A DNA stretch of 63,910 nt, the filler included, from Dugesia japonica (taxonomy: Eukaryota), in the NCBI GenBank assembly GCA_001938525.1. It is 5 parts of 5 records of this genome, joined end to end, with 100 filler letters (N's around TTAATTAATTAA, not from the genome) between each part and the next. Parts side by side here need not be neighbours in the genome. Positions count along the whole stretch, not along the records: positions 55,691 to 63,910 come from MQRL01110494.1; 4 more parts are not named here. One strand, given 5' to 3'. Every line of letters starts with the position of its first letter. Within the stretch, counting starts at the first letter, position 1. The position numbers and the translations under genes were made by a program. The notes beneath the pieces are model-generated. The model worked only from the letters and a program-made list of their open reading frames with translations. It made no database searches and was not told the origin of the DNA. This document shows positions 62,390-63,910 of the stretch, piece by piece.

Positions 62390-63260
62390 TAATAGAGACA
62401 TAAATTACAGAAGTTTCAATGAACAAAACCATGACCATGGATATAAATAACAGACATGAAACCGATCAAATAAAACAGGAAGTTTTCAATGTTGAGGGTT
62501 CAATGAAATAGGACATTACCGTCAAGAAAATATCCAAATGGTAAGTGCTTACATTGTCAGAAACTTGGACATTTTAGACATCAATATTATGGATTAAAAG
62601 AAAAATTTCCTAGAAAAGTCGCAGGAATAGATGAAGAATTTACCGAAGAGAAAGAAGATGATGAATTTCAAGAGTCACAATGAAATGCCAAAGTTTTTGT
62701 ATTAGAGGAGTTAACAAAAGCACAACAAATGTAAGTTATCTTCTGAGAAAAAATTTTTTGAATGAGATTAAATGTGATGAAATTTTTGAGATAAATTTAT
62801 CTAAATATAAAATAATATAAATAATAAATATTTTTCATTTAATATATTTAAAATATTGTAAAACAATAAATATTTTGATAATTTTTCTAATATTAATAAA
62901 AATGATTTGTATAATCTCACAACTAATGAAAGTTTAATAAGTATGAAAAACCATGGGCAATCAAAACTGAGTTATGTACGATAAATGAAACAGATTCAAT
63001 AACTAAACATGATGCAATCAATGATAGACCAAGTGTTTACGTGAGTATAAAACATAGAAATATTAGATGCTTATTAGATACAGAAGTTAAGATAAGTGTA
63101 ATTGAACAAAGTGTTCTTAAAAAATTTCAAATTATAAATATTAAACAGAGCAAAAATAAAAATAAAATTTGCAAACGATAGTCCGTTAAAAATAGAGGGT
63201 GAAAGTGTTAGTAACGATAAACGTCAAAATAAAATATTGACTTTTTTATTGCAAATAAAA
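62390..63260 (+). pseudogene. Gypsy LTR-retrotransposon gag-protease remnant
   Basis: Two decayed CCHC knuckles (QC*GFNEIGHYRQE; KCLHCQKLGHFRHQY, 62481-62588) and aspartic protease IRCLLDTEVKISVI. Confidence 0.8.
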
Positions 63261-63569
63261 TATCACCAAAACTAATGGAATTTTTGAAATTTTTACATGA
63301 AATTTTTTAATGCATTTGATATATGGTTAAAATAAATTGGAAACAAAATGTAACAATATATAGGTATTTTTAAATTTTATTGATAATATTGAAAACAAAA
63401 AAGAATTTGTAGATTCAACAATTGCAAAATTAGTGGATTCATACTGTTAGAACACAAGATTCTTTCATAAATGTTTATTTATTAAAATTCGAATAATAAT
63501 TATAAAATTGATAGTATTTAAACAAAGTTTATATATCAATTTATAATTGATATTTAACTAATCTCTTCT

Positions 63570-63800
63570 AATTTTGAGTTCCAATATTTTTTAGCCTTTC
63601 CAAACTTCTAGGTTTCAGTTTCTCAGCAAAGTCTATAAGCACCTGGTGTTGGCATAGTAACTTAATTATTTTATATGGTCCTTCATATCTTCAATTGTCT
63701 TTCTTAAACTTATCAAAACCTCCATCCCTTTATTAAATTGTATATATGTGTATCTGTCAAATTTATATTTGCTTTATATTTTAGCCGCTTCATGTAAGTG
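63570..63800 (-). pseudogene. Gypsy integrase C-terminal (GPY/F) remnant
   Basis: RYEGPYKIIKLL..HQVLI on the minus strand. Confidence 0.55.
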
Positions 63801-63910
63801 TGAGGTTCACAAATGTGTTTGGTTGCGTTTTTTGTATTTAAAAAGTATTGAAAAAATGTAACTATGATTTTAGGGTTCCTCATACTGGGTGCTCGTATCT
63901 GAGTCCAAAA

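Overview
Very AT-rich eukaryotic draft sequence, probably an invertebrate (42-47 nt spliceosomal introns, (AAT)n microsatellites; planarian-like is only a guess). It is not prokaryotic and has no CRISPR or rRNA. Four artificial spacers (44 N + TTAATTAATTAA + 44 N at ~9708, ~27894, ~40138, ~55591) split it into five contigs, so adjacency across them is unproven. Apparently intact host-type genes are an intronless SLC43-family MFS transporter (22340-23716, -) and a multi-exon orphan gene (61793 to at most 61360, -). The rest is decayed mobile DNA: a plant-type DD39D-clade mariner, two pogo/Tigger elements, five hAT remnants, Tc1, Penelope and Gypsy fragments, MITEs and a probable SINE. The highlight is two related, degraded Polinton/Maverick (adintovirus-like) units. 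Unit 2 (40820-~50975) is bounded by inverted repeats and encodes a packaging ATPase, minor and major capsid proteins, PZ and an HNH/EndoVII-type pPolB. Unexpectedly it also encodes a compact TATA-binding-protein (TBP) homologue, head-to-head with the virion gene module. Unit 1 (32436-~36505) is a separate inverted-repeat-bounded cassette of intron-containing accessory genes, two of them clear homologues of unit 2 genes with conserved intron positions. It also carries a covarying hairpin repeat and a terminal AP-1 site cluster. All calls come from manual translation and motif recognition; no searches were run.
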